DNA of 64,000 bases from an uncultured bacterium (GCA_963704645.1 OY969926.1:32001-96000), one strand, 5' to 3'. Counted from the stretch's first letter, positions 48,429-58,716 are shown. Numbers and translations: made by a program. Notes: generated by a model not told the origin, from the sequence alone.

Positions 48429-50243
48429 CTAAATTTTACCCAACTTTTTTGCCAGCGCTATGGTTTCTTCTAAAAGTTTTTGCGTGCTTTGAACAGATTC
48501 AGACCAAAATTGCTTATTGTGAATATCAACCCCTAGATCGGCAAACAAATCAACTGGAGATTTGGAAGAACCAGCAGACATAAACTGTTTAACTTGTAAA
48601 ATATAGCCATTATCTTTTTCAAATTGTGCCTGCATAAACTTAGAAATTAAAAGACCACTTGCGTAAGAGTAAACATAGAAATAACTGCGAATGTGGCTCC
48701 AGTATACCCACCAATTCTGACTTCCCTCGTCTTGACCTACAAAATCTCCCATATAATTAGACATGTTTTTCGTAAAAATTTCGCCAAATTCTTGCTTAGA
48801 TAAATAGCCTTTTTCTTTGTAAGCAGAATGAAGATCGCTCTCAAAATTATAGCAGGCAACTTGTCTAAAAATTGTACTAACGTCGTCATTTAGCTTATTC
48901 ATCATAATGGCCAAACGCAGTTCCTCATCTGCATTTTCTAATATATTTTTCAATACAAAATCTTCCATAAAAGTAGAAGAAACCTCTGCTGTGAACATAG
49001 ATCCGTCTCTGTTTAAGGCATTTTGGTTTTTGTTGAACAAATGATGGTGAATTGCATGGCCCATCTCATGAGACAAGGTTAAAACGTCGTTTAACTTATT
49101 GGTATGGTTTAGCAAAACGTAAACTGGCACTTTAGCTGACCCGGATGTACAATATGCTCCGCCTGCCTTGCCGCTTCTAGGAAGAACATCAAACTGTCCA
49201 TTCTTTAACATATTTTCAAAAATTTCCAGAAACTCTGGGTCTAGTTTGGCGAAAACTGATCTAACTAATTCAACCGATTCTTCCCAAGAATATTTTTTAT
49301 CTAATTTTCCGTAAGGAACATTTCTTTCATGATAGGCCAGCTTTTCCTGACCCATTAATTTAGCCTTAAATTCGTAATAACGGTTGGGTATACTAAAATG
49401 CTCAGTCACCCCACCAACCAAAGCATCTACAACATCTGAAGGCACATCATCCGACAAATGCCTAGATTGGTCTGGCCTGGAATAACCACGCAAAGCATCC
49501 ATATTTTTTCTGTAACCAAGAACGGCGTTCATTTCATTTTCGGCAACATCTAGGTTAGTTTCCAATATTTTGTTCAAAGCTTTTACGGCAGAAGTTCTAG
49601 TTTCTATGTTAAGATCGCTAATAAAACCAAACAATTCATTAAAAGTAACTGTTTTGTTTTCACCATTAACCAAAATTTCAGCCTCCGTTGTGTTCAAGAA
49701 TTTATCTGTCATTTCAACCCAATTGGTATAGGAAATGCTTCGCTGCATTGTTAAAACCTTTTCAGCCTCTTCACTTAAAACGTGCTTAGCTTCTTCAAAA
49801 AGTCTAGAAAGAAAATGATGATAATCTGACAACTCTGTAGCTTTTAGAAACTTTTCTTGATTTTCTAACTCTATTTTAGAAATTCTAATTGGGAAAAATT
49901 GTAGCAAATTAGAAATATCCTTAGAAATGTCTTCAGCCTTGCTATTTTTGGATCTTAATTCTGTATTGTTTTGCTCTTGGTCTAAGCGTAAAGAAAGGTA
50001 ATAATAACCAGCAAAAGAGCCGTATTCTTCTTCGTAGTTTAAGTATTCATCTAATGCTAATTTAAGCACGCTAGGGTTTTCTAGATAGTCTGTTCTGTTA
50101 ATCCAATTCAAGTTAAATTGCTTAGCTTTTTCTAAACATGCATCTAGATTTTGTTGAATTTTAGGGTCAGAATCGGAACTGAAAAGTGATTTAAAATTCC
50201 AAGTTAAATTATTATTTAGCGAATTTGGGGTGTTATTTTCCAT
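48429..50243 (-). CDS. pepF: Oligoendopeptidase F (M3B)
   Basis: GKAGGAYC, TLSHEMGH, AEVSSTFME and FYVYSYA. Confidence 0.9.
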   Translation of the reverse strand: MENNTPNSLNNNLTWNFKSLFSSDSDPKIQQNLDACLEKAKQFNLNWINRTDYLENPSVLKLALDEYLNYEEEYGSFAGYYYLSLRLDQEQNNTELRSKNSKAEDISKDISNLLQFFPIRISKIELENQEKFLKATELSDYHHFLSRLFEEAKHVLSEEAEKVLTMQRSISYTNWVEMTDKFLNTTEAEILVNGENKTVTFNELFGFISDLNIETRTSAVKALNKILETNLDVAENEMNAVLGYRKNMDALRGYSRPDQSRHLSDDVPSDVVDALVGGVTEHFSIPNRYYEFKAKLMGQEKLAYHERNVPYGKLDKKYSWEESVELVRSVFAKLDPEFLEIFENMLKNGQFDVLPRSGKAGGAYCTSGSAKVPVYVLLNHTNKLNDVLTLSHEMGHAIHHHLFNKNQNALNRDGSMFTAEVSSTFMEDFVLKNILENADEELRLAIMMNKLNDDVSTIFRQVACYNFESDLHSAYKEKGYLSKQEFGEIFTKNMSNYMGDFVGQDEGSQNWWVYWSHIRSYFYVYSYASGLLISKFMQAQFEKDNGYILQVKQFMSAGSSKSPVDLFADLGVDIHNKQFWSESVQSTQKLLEETIALAKKLGKI

Positions 50244-50328
50244 ATAATATTCTATAGCAAGAACATAAAATGATAACCTACCAATGTCAAAGTTTAAAAA
50301 ATTTAAATTTTATATTTTGTTTTTATTT

Positions 50329-50405
50329 TGGTAGCGGCGAGTGGGATCGAACCACCGACCTCAGGCTTATGAGTCCTGCGCTCTAACCAACTGAGCTACG
50401 CCGCC
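50329..50405 (-). tRNA. tRNA with CAT anticodon, probably elongator Met
   Basis: GGCGGCGTAGCTCAGTTGGTTAGAGCG-CAGGA-CTCATAA-GCCTG...TTCGATC...CGCCGCTACCA; 77 nt; Ile2 not fully excluded. Confidence 0.93.
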
Positions 50406-50479
50406 ATGCCTTATAATTAATCTGGAATAGGCATGCTTTGTCAAGATTACTGATATTGTGCAAATAATAATACTTTTTT

Positions 50480-50716
50480 TAGGGGTGGCAAATTTGCAGT
50501 ATTTGACGGGGCGTTTCTTGGAAATATGCTTGTTACATTAAATTTAGTGGGTGGCGAGACAGGCTCGCCTCTACACGCATTTCAAAGTTTTTAGTTTTAA
50601 TTGATTCGCTTAAAGGCTCTTACGGACCGGGCTTAAATTATAAACTTAATCTCTTGGGGTCTGAAAATTAAGTAATTGGATTTTTAAGGTTAATGGCTCG
50701 CAAGCTTCGCCACCAC
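50480..50716. repeat. REP cluster: degenerate family C (~50480-50516), GTAGA hairpin (50553-50574, -) and family A variant (50694-50716, -)
   Basis: Direct sequence similarity to the copies at 44652-44932. Confidence 0.75.
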
Positions 50717-50723
50717 AAGATTC

Positions 50724-51905
50724 CTATTTATGATTTCCTAATAAATCATCTAAACCTTTGGGTGGTCTGTTTAAACCTGCAATTGGTTTTGGGAGTGTGT
50801 TAATAGGTCTTTGTGCTGTTGAGGCATCGGCATTATTAAATTGAGGGTAAGACGTAGGATAGCTTGGCGGAATGTTTTGTTGTATTGGTGCAGCCTGTGG
50901 ATTTGGCTGAACAGGCATATTCTGTTGAACTGGCACTTGAATATTAGGCAAATTTACTTGCTGAAACTGTGGACTAAAACCATTTTGTACTTGGTTATTT
51001 TGATAGCTAGATTGAGCTTGCATAGACTGTTGAATGTTGGGCTGGAAATTTGCAGTTGGTTGAATTTCTTGAACCGGGAAAGTTTCAGAATTTGGTTGAA
51101 CAAATTGAGCATTTGCTGTTCTGTTAGGAACTCTTACTGGTGGAATATTTGGCCTAACTGGAATTTGTGCTGGCTGAGAATTACGTGCATTTACAAGCTC
51201 GCTAACATCTTTAGAAGTTAAAGTTGAGGCAGAAAAACCACGACGATTCAATACCTTTTCTAAATTCTTCTTGGCGTAGGCCTCGGTTTCTTCGTCTATA
51301 ATTAAATCAGGTTCTCCATCTACACCTATTTCCATAGCCTTTCTTTCTTCTTCAACAACTTTTTCTAGCAGTTCTTTCGGCATTTCCTGATTAGTTTGAA
51401 TATAATAAATTAACTTTTCTTGCGAAACAGGGTCTAAGCTATCAAATAAATCTTGCCATTCTTGGAAGTTTTCCTCTTCATCTAAATATTGCTGAATAAC
51501 TAAGTTTTCACTTAATTTTGTTCTATATAATCTGTCTAAATCACTATTTATTTGTTGTTTTTCTTCAACAGTAGTAGGAATGAATCTCTTATAATAAATG
51601 TCAATTTCTTCATCAGACAGCATTTCCCATTTATACATATTCCTCATTAAATCGAAGAAAGAATTATACAAGGGAATTTCATCTTGAGTTATTGCAGGTG
51701 GCAAGGAAAGACCCAATTTTAAATTAAGATTATCATTTATAACTTGGGCTTTGTCTACTTCCATGTCTTCTATTGCATCGGGTGAAAGATTGGCAATACC
51801 TGCATTGGTCGAATTAAAACTTGCCGTAGCAGGTGTAAAACCACTAGATGTTTGATTAGTGTCAACAAATTGAGATGCATTATCATCTTGATTATTTGGG
51901 TTCAT
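50724..51905 (-). CDS. Hypothetical protein with acidic helical core and Gln/Pro/Asn-rich tail
   Basis: Long ORF, 17 nt downstream of the VirB6-like gene. Confidence 0.75.
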   Translation of the reverse strand: MNPNNQDDNASQFVDTNQTSSGFTPATASFNSTNAGIANLSPDAIEDMEVDKAQVINDNLNLKLGLSLPPAITQDEIPLYNSFFDLMRNMYKWEMLSDEEIDIYYKRFIPTTVEEKQQINSDLDRLYRTKLSENLVIQQYLDEEENFQEWQDLFDSLDPVSQEKLIYYIQTNQEMPKELLEKVVEEERKAMEIGVDGEPDLIIDEETEAYAKKNLEKVLNRRGFSASTLTSKDVSELVNARNSQPAQIPVRPNIPPVRVPNRTANAQFVQPNSETFPVQEIQPTANFQPNIQQSMQAQSSYQNNQVQNGFSPQFQQVNLPNIQVPVQQNMPVQPNPQAAPIQQNIPPSYPTSYPQFNNADASTAQRPINTLPKPIAGLNRPPKGLDDLLGNHK

Positions 51906-51922
51906 ATGTTAAGGTATTTATA

Positions 51923-54900
51923 TTAATTTGGTTTTGCTTTGTTGAAAATAAGTTCAACTTCTTTTACAGCGTTAGGTAGGCCGTCTAAAGCTTTTTTATT
52001 TGCGCTTTCAATTGCCCTCGAGTTTTCCAAAGTAATAGTTCTAGCAAACTCTGCAAGCTTTGAAGCACTCACACCTCCTCCGGATGTGGTTGCTTTAGAC
52101 CTAGCTTTATCTACTATTTCTGTGCTTTTATTATCTCTTTCTATTGTAAAATTACTGTTTATATCGTTAATGTAAGAAGTTGCAGCGGCGTTACCAGAAT
52201 ACTTTGCTACTAAAGCAGCGTGTTCAGTAGCTCTATCAGCTGGGCTAGCGGCGGCGTATTTACGAAGACCTTTAATTAAATCTTTTTGCGCTGAAGTTGT
52301 TAAATCTAAATTCATTACTGTACCACCCACTGTCACTTCTCCAGTTTTAATGTCGTCTATCTTATCTTTCATAAGCTCTAAAGCTGCCTGCTTTTGAACA
52401 TCTCTTTCGGTAATGTTTGTAACAGTATTAGATCTTAATCTAAGCTCCAGGTCTTTCATTTCTTTTCTAGCTTCAACTTCCAATGTGGACTCGTTGTTGG
52501 CTTTGCTTTTAGCATCATAAATTTGGTCGGCTACTCTTGCATACTGATCTTTCATTACCTCCTTAGTTTGAGTTAAATTTTCAACATTTCTTGCCATGGC
52601 AGCTTGATAAATTTTTAATGTTTCAGCATCGTTTGCCCCACTTACATTTACACCTTTAAACTGACCATTATTTTTTATTGCATCAATAATTTGCGCATCA
52701 GTAGATCCAACTGGTAGGTTTAGATTTGCTGCTATAGCATTCTTATCTTTTGCCTCAGCAACAGTGCTGGCACCAATGTTTTTCTTCATGTAACTTTCTA
52801 GATGGCGTGAATAATCAGCTGGATTAAAAACTCCATTATTAGCATTCTTATCTTCAATAATTTTACCAACTAAATAGGCTTCATCAATTTTGCTTGAAGA
52901 CCCTCTCAGGGCAGCATCAGTTTTTTCTGCAAAGGCTTTACCCGCTTCTGAATTCAAATCTACACCCATGCCAGTTAATATATCTTTTTTTACTGTTGAA
53001 TCTACGAATTGGCTAAATCCACCTTTCAAACCTGCATACTGCACCATTTCCTCGGTTGCTTTCTCTTTTCCAACAATGCCCACCCTTGTATCGTAAAACT
53101 CTTTAGCCTCCTCTGGATGAGCAGCAAGCCAACTACCATCCATCTCTTTTAAAGCTTCAGCCGAACTAGCAGATTTTCTTACTGCTGCATTTCTTTCAGC
53201 TTGATTTCCAACAAAAACCGGAACAACTTTTTTAACTCTGTCTTTTAATCCACTATCTAAAACATTGTCAGAATCCATAGCTTCTTGAATTAAACTAGTC
53301 ATGTTCTTACTGCCAATAAACTGTTGTCTTACATCTCCAATTTCAATACCATCCTTAACATAATCTACAAATTGAGACTGCTCACTAGCTGAAAGATTAG
53401 ATAATTTACCCTTAGCTTTGTCAGCAAGTTTTATTCCTTTAGAGGCCAATTTACTTCTAGGAATTTTAGCATCATTTCCCAAAGATTTATCATAGGCAAG
53501 CTTTTCATATTCCTTGCTCTTGTCTCGCACCCAATTTGGATTTGCTTTTTCAAAACCTGCAATATCACTGGCGTCTAGACCTCGTAACTTAGCTTTATTT
53601 CCGTATATCAAATCTGCTTGTTCGCTAAAGCCTGCTTTCCTCATTCTTACTTCATTCCTAAACCTGTCCGATTCTTTATACCCTGCAATTCTAGCTTTTT
53701 TAGCGGCTTCACTAGCACCTAAAATGCCTTTAGCACCTTCCGTCCAATCTTTATTTGTCCAGCGTTCAAAATTGTTACCCCAACCTTCAAATTTGTCTTT
53801 AAGTGCAGTTCTTCCCGCAGCAAATTTAGCTGCTCTCTTATCAGCCATGGCCTTTAAATTAACGGCAGCATTTGCTCTTCTTTGTGCAACAATATTATTT
53901 AAACTTGTTTTCATTGCACCAGCAGGTAGAGAGTTTGCACGCGCCTCTATTTTAGCAGTTCTACTTGAATATCTTAATTCATCTTTCAAACCAGCCAGCC
54001 TTTCTTGAAGTCTTAATTTACCTGCTATACCTGGAGCAACCGCGCCAGCAGCCATAGCCCCTAGCCTACCAGCATCGCCAACTTTACTAACTACATTACC
54101 AATTGCTGAAGTTGCAGATTTTATTCCAGCTTTGATAGCATCTAGCATTTTTTTGTAATTGCTGGTTAATAAACCAAGCATGTAAACCGAAGCAAAAGCA
54201 ACTGCTACGTACAATGCCAATGTTGTTACCAGCTGTGCAGTACCCTGATCAGTGCCTTGAGCATTTACCAAAACTCCATTTGCATCTAAACCATTAGCCG
54301 TATTTGTGAGTTTTTTAATATTTGAATTAGCCGCAGCTGAAAAAGCCGATGATACCCTACCAACTAAAATTAAAGCAAAAATGAAAATTGGATAGAAAAA
54401 AGCTAATGAAGAAAAGTTTTCCCACCATTCTTTAGCTAGCTTCTTTAACTGGTCTATTGGCGAGAAGAATGCAACTAAAGCCAACGGTGAAGCTACCATT
54501 AAAAGCCACAAGCCTACCACGCGCAACAAGGCCAAAAACATAGCCCTCCACATTTGCATTATAGCGTAAATTATAACAATTAAGTAAACTATTTCCCCAG
54601 AAGTAATGGCCACAGTACCACCAGCTTTTTTACCAAACAAACTTGCAAATAGGTTAAATCCAACATTAAGTCCTCCCCCAACAGTTCCACCAAGTCTACC
54701 AATTTCACCAAATTGATTTGTATCGCACTCTTTACCTCCAGTGGCAGGCTTTCCGCCCTCTGTAACATTCACGGCTCCACATCTGATGTAAGACAATTGT
54801 TTAATATTGCTCATGAAATCACCGATAATTGCATCGCTTTTAGTTCTGCCCGATGTTGTTGTATAGGCTCCTATAAAAGTATCACCAATACCGTGTGTAA

Positions 54901-56128
54901 AATTAATAAAAGCAGCGCAGGCAAACAAACTTAAGTTAACAGTAACACCAATAATTAAAATATTAGTTACAAAGCTTTCCCATTTATTGTTTTTAGTAAT
55001 GCTTTTAACACCCAATAAATAGCCAAAACCAAGGTATATAAAAGAAAATAAAATAAGTAAGTTAGCTATGGAAACCACAATTTGCCAAGGTTCAGTAGCC
55101 ACGCTTAAAAATTCAGAGCTGGCTGGGTTAATTTGAACAATAACTAGAAACACGAAGGACACCATCCACAAAACTAGAGTTGCAAACCAACTTGCCAAGT
55201 AGACGAAAATTAAAACTATAGCTGCCACGAAGTCTAACAGAACTTTTATTAGTTCGTTTAGTGGGTTAGTAACTTCTTTTGGTGTTTCTCCGGCTAGCTT
55301 GGCATCAACACTAGCTACAGTCAGATCTGTAGCACTTAAACCCAAATCAGATATTTTTTTTGCATCACCCGTAAATGTAGATGTCTTGCCACAAGAAAAA
55401 TCTTTTCCACCTTGAGCAGTATTTCCTCTGTCGGTACATGAATAATAATACTTGTAAGTATTGTCAGAATTCTTCACTCTACAAACTTTAGTTCCTTGAT
55501 CTTTATTTATAATTGAACATTCCGCTGTAACTTTTTTACCCCCAGAAAATGTGGTTCCTCCTTCACCTTCTACAATATCAGTAAAAACCTCTTGGCTTGA
55601 CCAGCTAAGATCAACTGTGGATGTAATTTCATTAATTACAGTGGTGGTGGCCTGTTTTAACTCACCAACTGTTGGGTTGTTAGTACTAAATGAAGTATTT
55701 ATTTCTGATGCACATTGAACTTTCGTACCACTCCCACTTGTAACACCTCCAAGACCTGTAGTGCCTACGTTTAAACAACCTGTAGCATATTGATAACCTC
55801 CATCGTTTTTAGGTATTCTACACACTGTACCGTAACACTCAACCTGAGCAAAGTTAGGGTTTTGATTCCAAGTCTTGTTATTATCCTTATTAACAGAAAC
55901 ATCGTATGTTGGGTAGGCTCTGAAGCTTGATTGAGTTGTATCAGGTAAACTATCAATTGAAGTTCCTATATTCTGCCCCAAAACTAACACTCCTCCACCA
56001 AAAAAAGAGACAACTAACAAACCTAACATTAATAAACTGGAAATCTTTGTTAAGCCTAACAATTTTGCAGACTTAATTTGGGCAAAAGTTTTGTGTACTC
56101 TCTTTCTTAAATTTACTTTTATATTCAC
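51923..56128 (-). CDS. Giant VirB6/TrbL-like membrane protein
   Basis: Cys-paired N-terminal domain, TM core (WQIVVSIAN; RVVGLWLLMVASPLALVAFFSP...KEWWENF), ~750-aa helical tail. Confidence 0.7.
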   Translation of the reverse strand: MNIKVNLRKRVHKTFAQIKSAKLLGLTKISSLLMLGLLVVSFFGGGVLVLGQNIGTSIDSLPDTTQSSFRAYPTYDVSVNKDNNKTWNQNPNFAQVECYGTVCRIPKNDGGYQYATGCLNVGTTGLGGVTSGSGTKVQCASEINTSFSTNNPTVGELKQATTTVINEITSTVDLSWSSQEVFTDIVEGEGGTTFSGGKKVTAECSIINKDQGTKVCRVKNSDNTYKYYYSCTDRGNTAQGGKDFSCGKTSTFTGDAKKISDLGLSATDLTVASVDAKLAGETPKEVTNPLNELIKVLLDFVAAIVLIFVYLASWFATLVLWMVSFVFLVIVQINPASSEFLSVATEPWQIVVSIANLLILFSFIYLGFGYLLGVKSITKNNKWESFVTNILIIGVTVNLSLFACAAFINFTHGIGDTFIGAYTTTSGRTKSDAIIGDFMSNIKQLSYIRCGAVNVTEGGKPATGGKECDTNQFGEIGRLGGTVGGGLNVGFNLFASLFGKKAGGTVAITSGEIVYLIVIIYAIMQMWRAMFLALLRVVGLWLLMVASPLALVAFFSPIDQLKKLAKEWWENFSSLAFFYPIFIFALILVGRVSSAFSAAANSNIKKLTNTANGLDANGVLVNAQGTDQGTAQLVTTLALYVAVAFASVYMLGLLTSNYKKMLDAIKAGIKSATSAIGNVVSKVGDAGRLGAMAAGAVAPGIAGKLRLQERLAGLKDELRYSSRTAKIEARANSLPAGAMKTSLNNIVAQRRANAAVNLKAMADKRAAKFAAGRTALKDKFEGWGNNFERWTNKDWTEGAKGILGASEAAKKARIAGYKESDRFRNEVRMRKAGFSEQADLIYGNKAKLRGLDASDIAGFEKANPNWVRDKSKEYEKLAYDKSLGNDAKIPRSKLASKGIKLADKAKGKLSNLSASEQSQFVDYVKDGIEIGDVRQQFIGSKNMTSLIQEAMDSDNVLDSGLKDRVKKVVPVFVGNQAERNAAVRKSASSAEALKEMDGSWLAAHPEEAKEFYDTRVGIVGKEKATEEMVQYAGLKGGFSQFVDSTVKKDILTGMGVDLNSEAGKAFAEKTDAALRGSSSKIDEAYLVGKIIEDKNANNGVFNPADYSRHLESYMKKNIGASTVAEAKDKNAIAANLNLPVGSTDAQIIDAIKNNGQFKGVNVSGANDAETLKIYQAAMARNVENLTQTKEVMKDQYARVADQIYDAKSKANNESTLEVEARKEMKDLELRLRSNTVTNITERDVQKQAALELMKDKIDDIKTGEVTVGGTVMNLDLTTSAQKDLIKGLRKYAAASPADRATEHAALVAKYSGNAAATSYINDINSNFTIERDNKSTEIVDKARSKATTSGGGVSASKLAEFARTITLENSRAIESANKKALDGLPNAVKEVELIFNKAKPN

Positions 56129-56319
56129 AAGTTCTGGTAATTATACTTATATTATACACCAATTTTCATGTTCGGGCAAAAGGGCAAAATTTTGGTGGAA
56201 AGTGGGAGTATATTTGGCTCAAAGATTGTGGGTTTTATCTATGCCCATTAAAAGTTGAAAGAAGTTGAAGGTTTCGCCTTATCGGTTAAAAAATTATCAT
56301 GTTGGATTTTTAACGTTGA

Positions 56320-56342
56320 TGGCTCGCAAGCTTCGCCGCTAC
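56320..56342 (-). repeat. GTAG-type REP family A, upstream of RAYT
   Basis: Exact reverse-complement copy. Confidence 0.9.
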
Positions 56343-56417
56343 AGGGTTGTCCAATAGTTGAACAATTATTTTTTAGTCATTAATTGGCTTATTAGTAAAA
56401 ATTCAATTTCAAGGTAT

Positions 56418-57071
56418 ATGTTTATCAGAAAAAATGTTAGAACTGAAAAATATAATTACACCCAACCAAACTACTATTTTATTACCATATGTGAGAAATT
56501 TCGCAGACCTTTATTTTCCTCAATTATAAATCAACAAAATCACGAGACATCCTGTAGCGGCGAAGCTTGCGAGCCAAAGTCTTTGGGATCCAATCACAAT
56601 ATTAGCGAAGCTTGCGAGCCATCAACATTAGAAATTCAAACACATAATTCCTACATCGATAACAACAAATCACATTTTCATAACGCACCCTTAGTAAAAT
56701 TAACCAAAATTGGTGAAAGCATAGAGACTAGCCTACAGTATATAAACAATATGTTCATTGGTGTTTCAGTGTCAGATTATGTTATAATGCCAAATCACAT
56801 TCATTTTATACTTATTTTAAGCTTATCATCACCCCAATACAAAAGCTCTAATAAACCAGTAGCATTTGGCCAAATTTTGAGCACAATAAAATCTATGTCT
56901 CTAACAATGTGCAGAAAAGAAGCTCTTGAATTAGATTGGCAAACTTCATTTTATGAAAAAATTATTCGAAATGAGAAAGAGCTATATTCTATAAAAAAAT
57001 ATATTTTAGAAAATCCTTTAAAATGGAAACTGGATTGTTTTAATCCTAAATATAGGAAATTCGATGATTGA
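56418..57071 (+). CDS. REP-associated tyrosine transposase (RAYT, Y1 HUH)
   Basis: YFITIC, VIMPNHIH (HUH), WQTSFYE.IIR and YILENP; flanked by REPs. Confidence 0.9.
   Translation: MFIRKNVRTEKYNYTQPNYYFITICEKFRRPLFSSIINQQNHETSCSGEACEPKSLGSNHNISEACEPSTLEIQTHNSYIDNNKSHFHNAPLVKLTKIGESIETSLQYINNMFIGVSVSDYVIMPNHIHFILILSLSSPQYKSSNKPVAFGQILSTIKSMSLTMCRKEALELDWQTSFYEKIIRNEKELYSIKKYILENPLKWKLDCFNPKYRKFDD
56554..56639 (+). repeat. Double REP unit inside RAYT (left arm of a ~86-bp inverted repeat)
   Basis: Translated CSGEACEP...SEACEP; inverse match to 57068-57153. Confidence 0.88.
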
Positions 57072-57153
57072 ATTTTTAGTGTGTATGGCTCGTAAACTTC
57101 GCTAATATTATGATTGGATCCCAAAGACTTTTGCTCGCAAGCTTCGTCGCTAC
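57068..57153 (-). repeat. Double REP unit downstream of RAYT (right arm)
   Basis: Reverse complement aligns to 56554-56639, including the spacer AAAGTCTTTGGGATCCAATCA. Confidence 0.88.
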
Positions 57154-57228
57154 CAAGCTTCGCCTCAATTTATGATTTATTTGGCATATTTTCTTTACAA
57201 GCTATAAAAAGTTTTAGAACATAAGCTG

Positions 57229-58506
57229 GTGAACTATTTACAAATAACCCCTACTGTGCATTTGCTAACCCACAGTATGAACAGGCAAGAAAGCCAACTG
57301 GATATTATTTTAACAAGCGGAGGTAGTTGGTTTGAAGATAAAAATAATTTAGGAAGAAGACATTTAATGGAACACTGTGTCGTAGCCAGAACCCACCAGC
57401 TAAATTTCAATGAACTTAAAGATTATGCTTTCAAAAACAACTTAAGTTTAAATGCATTTACTTCACCTTTAAACATGGGTTTTGATGGCACTTCTCACCA
57501 CTCTGATTTTGAAACTATGTTGGATATTTTATTGGAAACAAGTTTAAACCCAAATTTTGTTGAAGAAGATTTAAACAGGGAGAAGGAAATTGTATTACGC
57601 GAAATTAGCGAACGTCGAGGTGACCCTAATTACAAATTATATTTTGATGTAAACAACCAAATATTCACTCCAAACAGTATAGCCAATCACCAAGTTTTAG
57701 GTGATGAAAAAATTGTGGCCACAACAAAATTAGAAAACTTTTTTGAACTTTACGAACAAGCAACTAAACAAAGCCACTTGGTTATTAAAGCTACAGGAGG
57801 AGGAATTGATGAAAAAAGAATTGTAGAAAAAGTTCAAGCATATTTAGCTAAAACTAATTTGGAATGGATTAAAAACTTAAGCAGTTTGGAAGATAAGAAA
57901 GCAATAGATTACAAGCCAAAAAATACTTTGCAAGAGTTCAGCTTTAAAACCTTTCAAAGTGACATTGCCCACGAACATGCAGAAGTAACAATAGCTTTAG
58001 ACGTACCAATTAATTTTGAGAACAGACCAATTTTACCATATTTAACCAATTTGTATTTTAGATATGGAGGAATTTTATACGATAAACTACGTGACGAGCT
58101 TGGTTTAGTTTATGGTTTTTCTAGCAGCTATGAAAAAGATTTAGACAAAATTGTACTTCAGCTTTCTTGTGAATTGCAATATGTAAACACTATAATTGAT
58201 GAAGTTGTTAAAGTATTCAGTGATTTTGAAAATAATTTTAAACCTAGTAAATTTGAAGAATTCAAAGCTATTTTAAGCAAAAGACAAGACTTGGCCTTAG
58301 ATAAAATTGCCACAGAAATTAACCATACATATGGCACTTTGCGTAGTTACGGAACTTTGGAAACCTACCAAGAATTTAGTACCAAAATTAGACAAGTCGA
58401 CCAATCTAAGTTTCAGGCTTTCTACGAAATTATACAGTCTAAATTAGATAATATAAAAGTTTTCGTTGTAAGCAAAGACAAAAAGGTTTTGGAGTTGAAA
58501 AGGTAA
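57229..58506 (+). CDS. M16 (insulinase-family) zinc peptidase
   Basis: HLMEH (HxxEH), NAFT, EKEIVLRE and LRDELGLVY. Confidence 0.88.
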   Translation: MNYLQITPTVHLLTHSMNRQESQLDIILTSGGSWFEDKNNLGRRHLMEHCVVARTHQLNFNELKDYAFKNNLSLNAFTSPLNMGFDGTSHHSDFETMLDILLETSLNPNFVEEDLNREKEIVLREISERRGDPNYKLYFDVNNQIFTPNSIANHQVLGDEKIVATTKLENFFELYEQATKQSHLVIKATGGGIDEKRIVEKVQAYLAKTNLEWIKNLSSLEDKKAIDYKPKNTLQEFSFKTFQSDIAHEHAEVTIALDVPINFENRPILPYLTNLYFRYGGILYDKLRDELGLVYGFSSSYEKDLDKIVLQLSCELQYVNTIIDEVVKVFSDFENNFKPSKFEEFKAILSKRQDLALDKIATEINHTYGTLRSYGTLETYQEFSTKIRQVDQSKFQAFYEIIQSKLDNIKVFVVSKDKKVLELKR

Positions 58507-58526
58507 TTAAAGCAAAGTGTTGATAG

Positions 58527-58606
58527 CTGTCCCCCTGAACTTGTTTCAAAAAGGCTGGTGCGAGCTGAGCTTGTCTTAGCGTTAGTTTTGACCCGAAGGT
58601 CTAAGC
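58527..58606 (+). repeat. Repeat family B, composite copy
   Basis: Matches 247-330. Confidence 0.8.
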
Positions 58607-58716
58607 CATAAAATAGTGCTAAGTGATTATCTCGGCATAAAAATTTCCCTAGAAAAAACAAATGAAGCAACTTGAGCTTCAAAAGTTAGAATTTTATAAA
58701 TATTTTACCCCCCCCC

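Noticed and set aside
4435-57153. Repeated 23-mers as a CRISPR array
   Set aside because: They are dispersed, occur in both orientations, lack regular spacers, and no cas genes are present; RAYT/REP explains them
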